A stretch of DNA of 64,000 nt from Desulfobacterales bacterium. GTDB taxonomy: Bacteria > Desulfobacterota > Desulfobacteria > Desulfobacterales > JAHDSC01. The stretch is from positions 105,023 to 169,022 of the forward strand of contig JAXGJZ010000004.1 of assembly GCA_040769985.1 (NCBI GenBank), written 5' to 3'. Shown here piece after piece: positions 1-9,163 of this stretch. The stretch's first letter is position 1. Every line of letters begins with the position of its first letter. The notes under the pieces were generated by a model. That model was not told the origin of the DNA. It saw only the letters and a list, made by a program, of their open reading frames with translations, and did not search any database. The position numbers were made by a program, and so were the translations under genes.

Positions 1-113
1 CTGCATATGATCGTCTGGGGAATAAAGAAATTGCGGACCTTGTCCGCGGATGATGAAAGATGACCTTGAAGAAAGGAGAATAATTTTTTTCAAGGAAGGG
101 CTTAAATGTAGAA

Positions 114-566
114 TTGGGGGATAATGGTTTGGCGACTGAAAAAGGCATCGTGACTCGAGTGGATTCAACCACCGCATGGGTGAAGACGATGATAGATGCT
201 GCCTGTTCATCATGTGATGCAAAACACTTTTGTGACGCCCATAAGGTAGAAGACCGAGAGGTGGAAGCACTGAATTTCGCCGGTGCTCAAAAAGGTGACG
301 AGGTGGTAATTGATTGCCACACATCTTCACTGCTGAAAATTTCCTTCCTTTTATATGTGTTTCCGATTCTGTGCATGATTCTGGGAGCCGTAATTGGTCA
401 AAACATCTCGTCTTTTTTTTATTTTGGCGAAATACCTTCCTCTTTAATCTTTGGTTTTTCATTTTTCATCATTGCAGTTTTATTCGTAAAAAACAAAGGG
501 AATAAGCTGACCCAAAAAAGTGAATACCGGCCTAAAATCATAAAAATTATCAGACGTCAAAAATAA
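114..566 (+). CDS. RseC/MucC-family membrane protein (SoxR-reducing-system-like)
   Basis: The soluble N-terminus carries a Cys cluster (CSSCDAKHFC) and is followed by two hydrophobic helices, which is the RseC layout. The start is uncertain: TTG at 114, or TTG at 129 with GGGGGA 7 nt upstream. Confidence 0.7.
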   Translation: MGDNGLATEKGIVTRVDSTTAWVKTMIDAACSSCDAKHFCDAHKVEDREVEALNFAGAQKGDEVVIDCHTSSLLKISFLLYVFPILCMILGAVIGQNISSFFYFGEIPSSLIFGFSFFIIAVLFVKNKGNKLTQKSEYRPKIIKIIRRQK

Positions 567-648
567 GGATAATGATCGATTTTGTTTCTGGAAGGATCCA
601 TTTCAATTCTTCTTTCTCTGCCATTCCACGTTTTTCCTGAATGATCCT

Positions 649-822
649 TCACAAATTAGCGTATCCCGTTCCAAACATCTTTTCTTCGATCCCTTTACGA
701 AACCGCACCAGTGAATCTTTCCAGGCATTGCCGAAACAAAAAAAGTAACACTGCCTGCAACGCTTTTCCAGATATTTGCCGGGAGAGACGACTTCTCCAA
801 CCTTTCTTTTCTTGTTTGCCAT
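649..822 (-). CDS. hypothetical small basic protein (57 aa, CxxCxxxC)
   Basis: The ORF reads MANKKRKVGEVV...RCRQCYFFCFGN. I recognise no family and the SD is weak. An inverted repeat (gaaggatc / gatccttc, 591-648) lies just downstream on the minus strand. Confidence 0.25.
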   Translation of the reverse strand: MANKKRKVGEVVSPGKYLEKRCRQCYFFCFGNAWKDSLVRFRKGIEEKMFGTGYANL

Positions 823-932
823 ACGAATCAAAAAAACGGAACCTGCTTGGGAAACCCGTCTGAATTCCGGAATCAGTCAAAAATGGATCTCACCCCGGAA
901 AGCTCCCTAAGGTCTAATGATGATATATTAAA

Positions 933-964
933 GTTTTCGGCGCTGGCGGCCGAAAACATTTTTT
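933..964 (+). terminator. rho-independent terminator-like hairpin
   Basis: A 9-bp stem (gttttcggc / gccgaaaac) with a 7-nt loop is followed by ATTTTTT. Confidence 0.55.
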
Positions 965-1070
965 GAAGACCGTCTTTCGGACCACTTGGCGGGTTCATTG
1001 AGTGCGGAATGAAGCAAAGCGGCTAAAAGGACGCTTCGCATGAAAGCATCCGGTTCATACGGCTGATTGG

Positions 1071-1595
1071 ATGGGATTACATCGAATCGTAATGATTAAA
1101 AAACCAAACCTCTCTGAAATGACCGAAAAAGTTTTCATAACCGACGACAACAAGGCCACCTTTGTATGCCCGAATTGCAAAAAGACCAAAACCGTCGACA
1201 TCTCCCCATATAAAAATCTTAACAAAATGATCCGGATAAAATTGAAGTGCTCATGCGGGAACTCTCATACGGTTCTTCTGGAAAGAAGAAAACATTATCG
1301 AAAAAAAACCAATTTCCCGGGAGAATATACTCAAGTTAACTCCGGAGAGAAAAAAAACTCGGGAATGATGACGGTAAAAGATCTGTCTCGAACCGGTCTC
1401 AAAATCCAACTCGATGAAAAGTCGAATTTTAAGATTGGAGACCGCCTGATGGTTTCGTTTCATCTGGATGACAAGAATCAGTCGCCAATCAGAAAAGAAG
1501 CGGTTATAACAAATATGAAGGATTCGTTTGTCGGGGTTCAGTTCTGCCGTCTGGATGAATATGATAAAATTTTGGGATTTTATTTGCTCCGGTGA
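1071..1595 (+). CDS. PilZ domain protein with N-terminal zinc-ribbon
   Basis: The N-terminus has CPNC...CSCG. It is followed by RRKHYRK (the RxxxR motif) and DLSRTG (D/NxSxxG-like), the PilZ c-di-GMP-binding motifs. The true start may be an internal Met. Confidence 0.8.
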   Translation: MGLHRIVMIKKPNLSEMTEKVFITDDNKATFVCPNCKKTKTVDISPYKNLNKMIRIKLKCSCGNSHTVLLERRKHYRKKTNFPGEYTQVNSGEKKNSGMMTVKDLSRTGLKIQLDEKSNFKIGDRLMVSFHLDDKNQSPIRKEAVITNMKDSFVGVQFCRLDEYDKILGFYLLR

Positions 1596-1712
1596 AACGC
1601 ACGCCTAAATCCGCGCATGCAGCATGTAAGACTACCTTTGCGAAAAATACTACGAAAACCGTTCAGCAAAACGGGGGCCCCTGAACCTAATCGGATTGCT
1701 TTAACATTCCGA

Positions 1713-3023
1713 TCAAAGCCTCCAGTATATTATATTCTCTTTCCTTAAATCAGCCGGGCTGAAAGCGGCTTTCACATCAATGATAATGGGAATCCCGCTG
1801 AAACACCGCCGGACAATTTCTGCAAGTCCGATATCCTTGTAATATCGGTGAACAACGGCGATAATAACCGCATCCACCCCGGTGATTTCATCAATCTCTC
1901 GCAGCTTGATCCCATAAAACTTTTCCGCTTCTTTTGCATCTGCAAGCGGATCATGCACGACCACTTCGATTCCGTAATCCCTCAACTCGTTGATGATGTC
2001 CACCACCTTGGTATTTCTGAGGTCCGGAACATCCTCTTTAAAGGTCAGGCCCATCACGGCGATTCTTGCGCCTCGAACCGGTTTGCCGGCCCCGATCAGC
2101 ATTTTGACGGCCCGCTCCGCGATGTATTTGCCCATGCCATCATTGATCCGTCGGCCGGCAAGTATCATCTCCGGATGATATCCCAACGATTCGGCCTTGA
2201 AAGTCAAATAGTACGGATCAACTCCGATACAGTGCCCTCCCACAAGACCCGGTTTAAAAGGAAGAAAATTCCATTTGGTCCCGGCCGCCTCAAGCACCTC
2301 GCTCGTATCGATACCGAATCGATTAAAAATCATGGCAAGTTCATTCATCAATGCTATATTTAAGTCTCTTTGGGTATTTTCAATCACCTTTGCCGCTTCC
2401 GCAACTTTTATCGAGAGGGCCTGATGGATCCCCGCCTTGACAACCGTTCCGTAAACCCTGGAAAGAAGCGAGAGGGTATCCCGATCCTGTCCGGAAACGA
2501 TTTTGGTTACATTTTCGAGCGTATGCGTTTTATCCCCGGGATTTATCCGTTCCGGTGAATAACCCACCGTAAAATCCTTACCGGCCTTCATGCCGGATTC
2601 ATGCTCGAGAATCGGAAGGCATACATCTTCCGTTACCCCGGGATATACGGTTGATTCAAAAACCACGCAGGATCCCTGAATCAGGTTTTTTCCGACGGTC
2701 GAGGAGGCTCCCCGCAAAGGGTTCAGGTCCGGAATGCGATATGCGTCAATGGGAGTAGGAACGGCGACAATGATCAGTCTACATGAAGAAAGGGTTTCCG
2801 GATCGCTGGTGTAAGATATCGTTGTTTTTTCTAGATCTTCATCCGCCACCTCCAACGTCCGGTCATGTCCGGATTCGAGCTCTTTGATTCTTTCGGGTTT
2901 AAAATCATATCCGACCACGTCAAAGTGTTTTGACATGTTCACAGCCAAAGGCAGACCGACATATCCCAATCCTACAACTGCAATCTTATCCTCCCGTGAA
3001 ATCAAGGATTCAAATGTTACCAT
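1713..3023 (-). CDS. nucleotide-sugar 6-dehydrogenase (UDP-GlcNAc/ManNAc dehydrogenase, TviB/WbpO-like)
   Basis: It has an N-terminal Rossmann motif (VVGLGYVGLP), a catalytic GGHCIGVDPYY motif, and a length of 436 aa typical of the UDP-glucose/GDP-mannose dehydrogenase family. Confidence 0.9.
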   Translation of the reverse strand: MVTFESLISREDKIAVVGLGYVGLPLAVNMSKHFDVVGYDFKPERIKELESGHDRTLEVADEDLEKTTISYTSDPETLSSCRLIIVAVPTPIDAYRIPDLNPLRGASSTVGKNLIQGSCVVFESTVYPGVTEDVCLPILEHESGMKAGKDFTVGYSPERINPGDKTHTLENVTKIVSGQDRDTLSLLSRVYGTVVKAGIHQALSIKVAEAAKVIENTQRDLNIALMNELAMIFNRFGIDTSEVLEAAGTKWNFLPFKPGLVGGHCIGVDPYYLTFKAESLGYHPEMILAGRRINDGMGKYIAERAVKMLIGAGKPVRGARIAVMGLTFKEDVPDLRNTKVVDIINELRDYGIEVVVHDPLADAKEAEKFYGIKLREIDEITGVDAVIIAVVHRYYKDIGLAEIVRRCFSGIPIIIDVKAAFSPADLRKENIIYWRL

Positions 3024-3277
3024 GCTTTATTCTCCCATGCCTTTTCCAAAACCTCACAAAACCTTCTCAAAACACCTGGCTTCGTCCGATTTCCGAATTA
3101 GGTTTAGATGTTCATCAACGAGATACTGAATCCTCGGTTGAACGCCTCACCTCGCGGTGATTTCAAAGCCGATCGAAGGTTTTGAAACCATTTCTTGTCT
3201 TGCTTCTTTTTATACCGGATTCGGCAGGTTTTTTATTCACTGCGGCTGCAAGGGCATCCGTATCGTCAGCATTTCTT

Positions 3278-4153
3278 TTATTCTTGGCCAACAAAAAAGG
3301 GCCTGAAAAAGTTCTCGTCCTTTTTCAAAAACTCATTGATCGTTTTCAATAGTCTTGGTTTTTCATCCGGCATTTTTCCATCCAGTTTGATATAGTTTGT
3401 GTAGTGGTCGCTTGTAATACAGGTTGATACTTCAATCCCGCGGATAAGCATCACGGCCTCTTTTAAAACCTCATGCGGGCCCAGCATCTCGAAGGAACCT
3501 CTTTTGACATCTTCCAGAAGCGGGGTGTTGATTTTTGGAACAAAGGTTCGAAGCCTTGTAAAATGCGGTTCGATTGCATTCAGCACCTTTGCGGTGTTTG
3601 TTGCATGTGGTTTGGTTCGTTCCTTTCCGCCGATACCCAAAATTACATAGAGACTCAACTCGATGCCTGCTTCCGCAACCCATCGTCCCGCCTCAATCTG
3701 CTGGGCGCTGTTTGTGCCTTTTTTGATACGCTTTATTATGACATCATCCCCGGATTCAAGACCTACATGAATTCTCGAAAGTCCGGCCTCGGCAAGACGT
3801 TGGAGTCCCCCCGGCCCTTTTTTATGAATGTATTGCGACGATCCGTATACGGTAATACGCTCTAATTGAGGAAAAATCTCTCTCGCAAAACAGCAAATCG
3901 CACAAAGATCATCCGTTTTCATGGCAATCGTATTTCCGGCAGGAAAAAAGAGTGTCCGGATCTGAGATCCATAAACCTCTTTTGCTACTATCATATCTTT
4001 TTTGATTTCAGCCACATCGCGTACCCGGTATCGGGGGCCGTTTTTATAAACCATGCAAAAAGTGCATCGATTATGAGGACACCCGATGGTCGCCTGAATC
4101 AAAAGGGAGTGAGCCTCACTCGGAGGTCGATATATCGGACCTTCATATCTCAT
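3278..4153 (-). CDS. radical SAM protein
   Basis: It begins YRPPSEAHSLLIQATIGCPHNRCTFC and has GLESGDD and other TIM-barrel radical SAM features. Confidence 0.85.
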   Translation of the reverse strand: MRYEGPIYRPPSEAHSLLIQATIGCPHNRCTFCMVYKNGPRYRVRDVAEIKKDMIVAKEVYGSQIRTLFFPAGNTIAMKTDDLCAICCFAREIFPQLERITVYGSSQYIHKKGPGGLQRLAEAGLSRIHVGLESGDDVIIKRIKKGTNSAQQIEAGRWVAEAGIELSLYVILGIGGKERTKPHATNTAKVLNAIEPHFTRLRTFVPKINTPLLEDVKRGSFEMLGPHEVLKEAVMLIRGIEVSTCITSDHYTNYIKLDGKMPDEKPRLLKTINEFLKKDENFFRPFFVGQE

Positions 4154-4227
4154 AACATCAAATCAACAAAAAAAGTGTTTTTAATCCCTTCTTTCTTTCC
4201 CACCCGGCAGATCACTATCAAAAACAA

Positions 4228-4938
4228 TCATTCAAAAAACACGATCTTTAAAAGAGCTTCTTTTTCTTTTTCCGTAAGATAGCGCCAGGTTCCTTCGGCA
4301 AGTTTTCCAAGTCGCACATTTGAAATCCGTATCCTCTTAAGCATAGTTACCTGATTCCCTACTTTTCGGACCATGCGTCGAATCTGTTTGTTTTTGCCCT
4401 CTTTAAGTATGATGCGAAATCTTCTGGAAGAAATTCTGGTTATATCCGCAGGCCTTGTTTTTGTTCCCATCATCGGCAAACCCTTTGCCATTTTCTGAAG
4501 CGCCATATCCGATATGGGTCTTGCCACGGTCACATCATATTCCTTTTCATGGTCAAAGGAAGGATGAGAAAGCCTGTGATGAAGTCTTCCGTCATTTGTC
4601 AGAATCAGAAGCCCGGTTGAATCCTTGTCAAGTCGTCCTACCGGATAAATGCGTTCGGGAATATCAATAAGATCAAGAACAACCTTGTCATCCGGTTGCC
4701 GGCAACTTGTTATATACCCCACCGGTTTGTGGAGGGCAATGTAAATCAAATCCTGCCCGGCTTCAATGAGGGCGCCATCTACTTCGACCCGATCGATTTT
4801 GGGATCCACCTTTGTGCCGAGTTCGGTAACAACTTCACCATTTACCCGGACGTGTCCGTTTGAAATGTATACCTCTCCCTGTCTTCTGGAACAAAAACCG
4901 GCTATGGAAAAAAATTTTTGAAGTCTGATCAAGGTCAT
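4228..4938 (-). CDS. rRNA pseudouridine synthase (RsuA/RluB/RluF family)
   Basis: An N-terminal S4 domain (RLQKFFSIAGFCSRRQGE) is followed by the catalytic GRLDKDSTGLL motif. Confidence 0.9.
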   Translation of the reverse strand: MTLIRLQKFFSIAGFCSRRQGEVYISNGHVRVNGEVVTELGTKVDPKIDRVEVDGALIEAGQDLIYIALHKPVGYITSCRQPDDKVVLDLIDIPERIYPVGRLDKDSTGLLILTNDGRLHHRLSHPSFDHEKEYDVTVARPISDMALQKMAKGLPMMGTKTRPADITRISSRRFRIILKEGKNKQIRRMVRKVGNQVTMLKRIRISNVRLGKLAEGTWRYLTEKEKEALLKIVFFE

Positions 4939-5029
4939 CGATAAAATTAAAACGAACCCGATGGTTCATAGAACGGGGTTGCGACAACCGTCGCAACGAT
5001 GCTGCACGGGAGACTTGCCCCCCTTTGGA

Positions 5030-6214
5030 TTATGATCGATAGTCCGCATTGATTTTAACGTAGTCGAGGGAAAAATCGCACGTTAATACGGAGGCGCGGC
5101 CAGAACCCGATTTGAGATCGATCCGAACCATAAATTCAGGCTTTTTCAAAACCCGGGTCGCTTCCGCCTCGGCTGAGTCTCCGCATCCCACACCATTTTT
5201 AACCATCAAAACGTCATCAAAGAAAATATCCGTGCTTTCCGGGTCAAACGAAACACCCGCCCGACCGGCAGCTGCGAGGATTCTCCCCCAATTGGCGTCT
5301 TCACCGAAAAAAGCGGTCTTCACAAGGTTTGAATTGGCAATCGTATTGGCCACTTTTCTCGCATCATTGTCCGATAACGCACCTTTTACTTCGATTCGAA
5401 TCAATTTTGTGGCTCCTTCACCATCTCTTACGATCTTTTCGGCAAGAAGCATCAGTACATCATCGAGAACATACTGAAAAGATATTCGATCCTCCTCCGT
5501 TGCAATAACGGCTCCCGATAAACCATTTGCCATCAGAATGACTGTGTCATTTGTGCTTGTGTCCCCGTCGACGGTGATTCGGTTAAAAGATTGATCAACC
5601 GATACGGAAAGAGCTCTTTTCAACAGATCCGGCGGAGCGCCGATGTCCGTGCAAATAAAACAAAGCATGGTTGCCAAATCGGGAGATATCATTCCCGACC
5701 CTTTGGCAACCCCGGTTACCGTGAAAGGATGACCCTTAAAAACACCCTTTTTGGATACCCACTTCGGGACTTGATCCGTGGTCATTATTGCCCGGGCAAG
5801 ATCGGAAATCCCTTCAGGTTTAAGCGTTTTGACAAGATCCGGAATCACGGCTTCAATCCTTTCGATGGGAAGCGGCTTTCCGATAACGCCCGTAGAAGCG
5901 ACGAGTACGAGATTTTCAGAAATGTTCAGGCTGGATGCAGCGAGCCCGGCCATGATGCGCGCATTTTGCATTCCCTGATCGCCGGTGCAGCAGTTGGCAT
6001 TTCCGCTGTTAACAATGACGGCCTGGCAAGCGCCCGACTTTATTCGCTCTTTGTCAAGGCGAACCGGTGCCGCTTGCACCCTGTTTTTTGTGAATACCCC
6101 GGCGACACTGGCCGGCACCTCCGAAAAGATGAGGCCAAGGTCTTTTTCCTTGTTTTTTTTCAAGCCGGCGGCAACGGCGGCTGCCGTGAAACCAGGGCAG
6201 GTGATATTTTCCAT
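5030..6214 (-). CDS. argJ: bifunctional glutamate N-acetyltransferase / amino-acid acetyltransferase
   Basis: The ArgJ self-cleavage region (ATMLCFICTD) is present and similarity to ArgJ runs the full 394 aa. Confidence 0.95.
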   Translation of the reverse strand: MENITCPGFTAAAVAAGLKKNKEKDLGLIFSEVPASVAGVFTKNRVQAAPVRLDKERIKSGACQAVIVNSGNANCCTGDQGMQNARIMAGLAASSLNISENLVLVASTGVIGKPLPIERIEAVIPDLVKTLKPEGISDLARAIMTTDQVPKWVSKKGVFKGHPFTVTGVAKGSGMISPDLATMLCFICTDIGAPPDLLKRALSVSVDQSFNRITVDGDTSTNDTVILMANGLSGAVIATEEDRISFQYVLDDVLMLLAEKIVRDGEGATKLIRIEVKGALSDNDARKVANTIANSNLVKTAFFGEDANWGRILAAAGRAGVSFDPESTDIFFDDVLMVKNGVGCGDSAEAEATRVLKKPEFMVRIDLKSGSGRASVLTCDFSLDYVKINADYRS

Positions 6215-6299
6215 AATTCTTAATTCCTGTTTCTTATCATGTTTAAAAAAATATTCGCTTTATCCGGCGTTCCGCCGATTTAAGCTCCGGCTGTTTTTG

Positions 6300-6329
6300 A
6301 ATTGACAAAAGGCGCCGGGATTGTCAATT
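6300..6329. promoter_or_regulatory. inverted repeat AATTGACAA-N12-TTGTCAATT in the argJ/truA divergent region
   Basis: The arms are a perfect 9-bp match and each contains TTGACA reading outward. The element could be an operator or paired -35 boxes. Confidence 0.3.
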
Positions 6330-6453
6330 TGATGGTTTCATCCATCTTTCATTTTAGGAAGCTCCCGCATCGGATATAGGGAAAGAAGTTAAAGATTTTA
6401 TAAAAAATGCTCACATACAAATAAAACCGATCGGAGTCTGAACGGAACAACAG

Positions 6454-7197
6454 ATGCTGAAAAATTTTAAACTCATCATTGAGTACGACGGCAGTTCCTA
6501 CCATGGTTGGCAGATCCAAAGGAACGATTCTACCATTCAAGGAGAAATCGAGCAGAGGCTTTTCACCATGACCGGAACAAAAGTCCGCCTGATCGCTGCG
6601 GGAAGGACCGATGCAGGGGTGCATGCCTTCGGCCAGGTAGCAAATTTTTTCTGTGACACCGGGTTAACTCCTGAAATTCTTCAGCGTGGACTCAACAGCC
6701 TTCTTCCGGAAGATATCATAATTACAAGCTGTACCCAAGTGGATAAAATGTTTCACGCACGATACAACGCAAAAAGCAAGACGTATCAATATCGCATATT
6801 GAACCGGTCAATTCCTGCCGCGATCTGTCGGCAATATGCCTGGTTTGTTCGAAAGCGACTTGATGTGGAAGCCATGCGGTCGGCAATCGTTCATATTATC
6901 GGCACTCACGACTTTAAAGCCTTTGAAGCCGCCGGAAGCCCCAGATCCCATACGACAAGGTGTATCATGGAGGCAAATCTTATCGATGATTGCACAACAG
7001 GGCATCTTGTTTTTACGATCAGAGCCGACGGTTTCTTGCGGTATATGGTACGAAATATTGTAGGTACTCTCGTTGATGTTGGATTCGGCGAAATCACCCC
7101 GGATGGTTTCAGGGAAATACTTCTATCAAAAAATCGCGGCCGGGCCGGTGCAACGGCACCCGCCCATGGATTGTTTCTCATGAATGTCCAGTATTAA
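6454..7197 (+). CDS. truA: tRNA pseudouridine(38-40) synthase
   Basis: It begins KLIIEYDGSSYHGWQIQ and has the catalytic GRTDAGVHA motif. Confidence 0.95.
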   Translation: MLKNFKLIIEYDGSSYHGWQIQRNDSTIQGEIEQRLFTMTGTKVRLIAAGRTDAGVHAFGQVANFFCDTGLTPEILQRGLNSLLPEDIIITSCTQVDKMFHARYNAKSKTYQYRILNRSIPAAICRQYAWFVRKRLDVEAMRSAIVHIIGTHDFKAFEAAGSPRSHTTRCIMEANLIDDCTTGHLVFTIRADGFLRYMVRNIVGTLVDVGFGEITPDGFREILLSKNRGRAGATAPAHGLFLMNVQY

Positions 7198-7342
7198 CCC
7201 AAAAATAGTGTAAGATAGGCTGCCAAACCCATCCATGCCGACGAATGAATCCTTGAACCTTGCTGTACGTACCTGCCTTGCTTCAGACAATCACTCAATC
7301 TCTTGCCCGGAGGTGCCTTCGCATGTTCCAGCCAAGCATGCT

Positions 7343-9160
7343 TCAATCCTTATTTTTGATTTTCTGAATCTGCTGGTTGTAAAAAGAAATCACTTCTCTC
7401 CGGTTCAGCATCCCGATCAATGTACCATAATCATCCTCCTTAACCACGGGAAGGCTATCAATGTTTTTTATGGTAAACTTTTTAAGAACCGCATTCAGAT
7501 CATCCGAAGGGGTTGTAACAATGATTTCAGAAGTACCGATATCCTTCATTACGACGAGCGATTCAATTTCCGGCGAAAAAAGCACGCTCCTGACATCCGT
7601 GCTGGAAAATATTGCGATCAGTCTTTTCTTTTGATCCATCACCGGAAAATAATGCTGCTTGGTCTGGGAAAAATAGCCCTTGAAATCCCTGAAGGTCATA
7701 TCCTGGGGAATTAGATTGACCTTTTTGACCAAATGCATCAAATCCCTCACCCGAATGCTCTGCAAAACATCCACGAAGAAATCTCCGGTATGCGCAGGCG
7801 AGTCAATTTTGCTTTTCACCTGTTTGCTATAGATCGTCCATTTTTGAGCCGCAAGGTAAGAAACCGAACATACCAGAAGGCTTGGCAGAAGCAGGTGATA
7901 TGAATTGGTCATTTCACAAACAAAAATAATGGTTGAAATCGGGGTGTTGGAGACAGCGGTGAAAAAACCAGCCATGCCGACAACCACAAATGCCCCGGGT
8001 TCCGTTACCACGCCCGGCATAATTTGATAAAATACTTTTCCAACCACCCCTCCCGTTGCACCGCCTATGACAATTGAAGGACCAAAAACGCCTCCGCTCC
8101 CACCGGATCCGATGGAAAAAGATGTAGTAAGTACTTTTCCAACCGCAAGAAAAAACAAAACCAAAATCGAAAGCTCGTTATAAAGCGCCTGCTGGGCATA
8201 ACCATACCCGAAAGAAAGTGTTTGAGGCAAAAAAAAACCGATCATTCCCGTGCAAAGCCCTCCGATAGCGGGCTTCATGTGATTGGGAATATGCACGGAT
8301 TTAAAAAGGCGGGTAACTCCGTAAAAGGATTTAATATAGAAAACGGCCATGCCGACAAGAACAAGAGCAAGAACCAAGTAAGGGCCCAATTCCAATGGAT
8401 TGCTGAACACAAAATCCGGTGAATCGAAAAGAGAACCCCAACCGTACACCAGGCAAAACAAACAATACGCCACGACGGAAGAAATTCCGGCAGGCATGAT
8501 TACTTCGGATTCAAATTCCGGATCCCTGTACAGCACCTCGGCGGCAAAGAGAGCGCCCGCCAATGGAGCCCGGAAAATGCTTCCGACGCCGGCTCCAATC
8601 CCGGCTGCCATCATGATCCGCCGTTCTCGTGGCGACAACTTCAGGCTTGTGGCCAGAAAAGACCCAAATCCAGCTCCGATTTGAGCAATCGGCCCCTCCC
8701 TTCCTCCGGAACCCCCGGAGGTCAGCGTAATGGCCGAAGCGATGGTTTTAATAATGGGTACCCTGCCGCGTATGAATCCCCCTTTGTTGTGGTATGCATC
8801 AATGGCGGCATCGGTGCCGTGGCCTTCTGCTTCCGGGGCAAATGTGTAGACAAGCCATCCGCTGAGAATACCTCCAAAAGCCGGTAAAACGAGAAGAATC
8901 CAACGGTTAAAGGGATGATTCGTGGTTGGGATCAGATGCTGTTCTCCGGCAGGGGTGGGCGGACGGTAGCCGGCTGCGACATCAAGAAAATAATGACTGC
9001 CGATTTGGCAAAGATAATGGAAAACAATCGAGCCGAAACCGGCTATGATGCCAATGAGTATAAAATAAAAAGCCCATTTGCCCGCATGGGCGATATGGAT
9101 CGATCTCTCTTTGGCGGCGAATGAAGCAAACCATTTTTTCAATCGAGCTGAAATTGTCAT
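7343..9160 (-). CDS. ClC-type chloride channel/antiporter with C-terminal CBS pair
   Basis: The ClC selectivity motifs GSGGREGP and GGVFGPS are present, with multiple TM helices and a C-terminal CBS-like region. Confidence 0.9.
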   Translation of the reverse strand: MTISARLKKWFASFAAKERSIHIAHAGKWAFYFILIGIIAGFGSIVFHYLCQIGSHYFLDVAAGYRPPTPAGEQHLIPTTNHPFNRWILLVLPAFGGILSGWLVYTFAPEAEGHGTDAAIDAYHNKGGFIRGRVPIIKTIASAITLTSGGSGGREGPIAQIGAGFGSFLATSLKLSPRERRIMMAAGIGAGVGSIFRAPLAGALFAAEVLYRDPEFESEVIMPAGISSVVAYCLFCLVYGWGSLFDSPDFVFSNPLELGPYLVLALVLVGMAVFYIKSFYGVTRLFKSVHIPNHMKPAIGGLCTGMIGFFLPQTLSFGYGYAQQALYNELSILVLFFLAVGKVLTTSFSIGSGGSGGVFGPSIVIGGATGGVVGKVFYQIMPGVVTEPGAFVVVGMAGFFTAVSNTPISTIIFVCEMTNSYHLLLPSLLVCSVSYLAAQKWTIYSKQVKSKIDSPAHTGDFFVDVLQSIRVRDLMHLVKKVNLIPQDMTFRDFKGYFSQTKQHYFPVMDQKKRLIAIFSSTDVRSVLFSPEIESLVVMKDIGTSEIIVTTPSDDLNAVLKKFTIKNIDSLPVVKEDDYGTLIGMLNRREVISFYNQQIQKIKNKD

Positions 9161-9163
9161 TAT

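Noticed and set aside
1-113. Possible 3' end of an upstream gene running into the window. One frame ends at 51-53 (...AYDRLGNKEIADLVRG) and another at 61-63.
   Set aside because: Two frames are open to the window edge. Both are under 21 codons and neither is recognisable, so I cannot choose between them or support a call.
965-1070. A GCAAAGC-containing stretch upstream of the PilZ gene that briefly suggested a c-di-GMP-I (GEMM) riboswitch.
   Set aside because: Only one short motif matches. The GGCAAACC element, the GNRA tetraloop and receptor helices, and the overall two-hairpin layout are all absent.
1848-2363. Many long ORFs in the track lie antisense to or out of frame with recognised genes. 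Examples are 1848-2363, 5591-6223, 13879-14478, 40410-40892, 46810-47430, 51077-51649, 58071-58643 and 62755-63342.
   Set aside because: Each is embedded entirely within a gene that has clear family motifs on the other strand or frame. Their translations are low-complexity, Arg/Ser/Pro-rich, and lack SD sequences.
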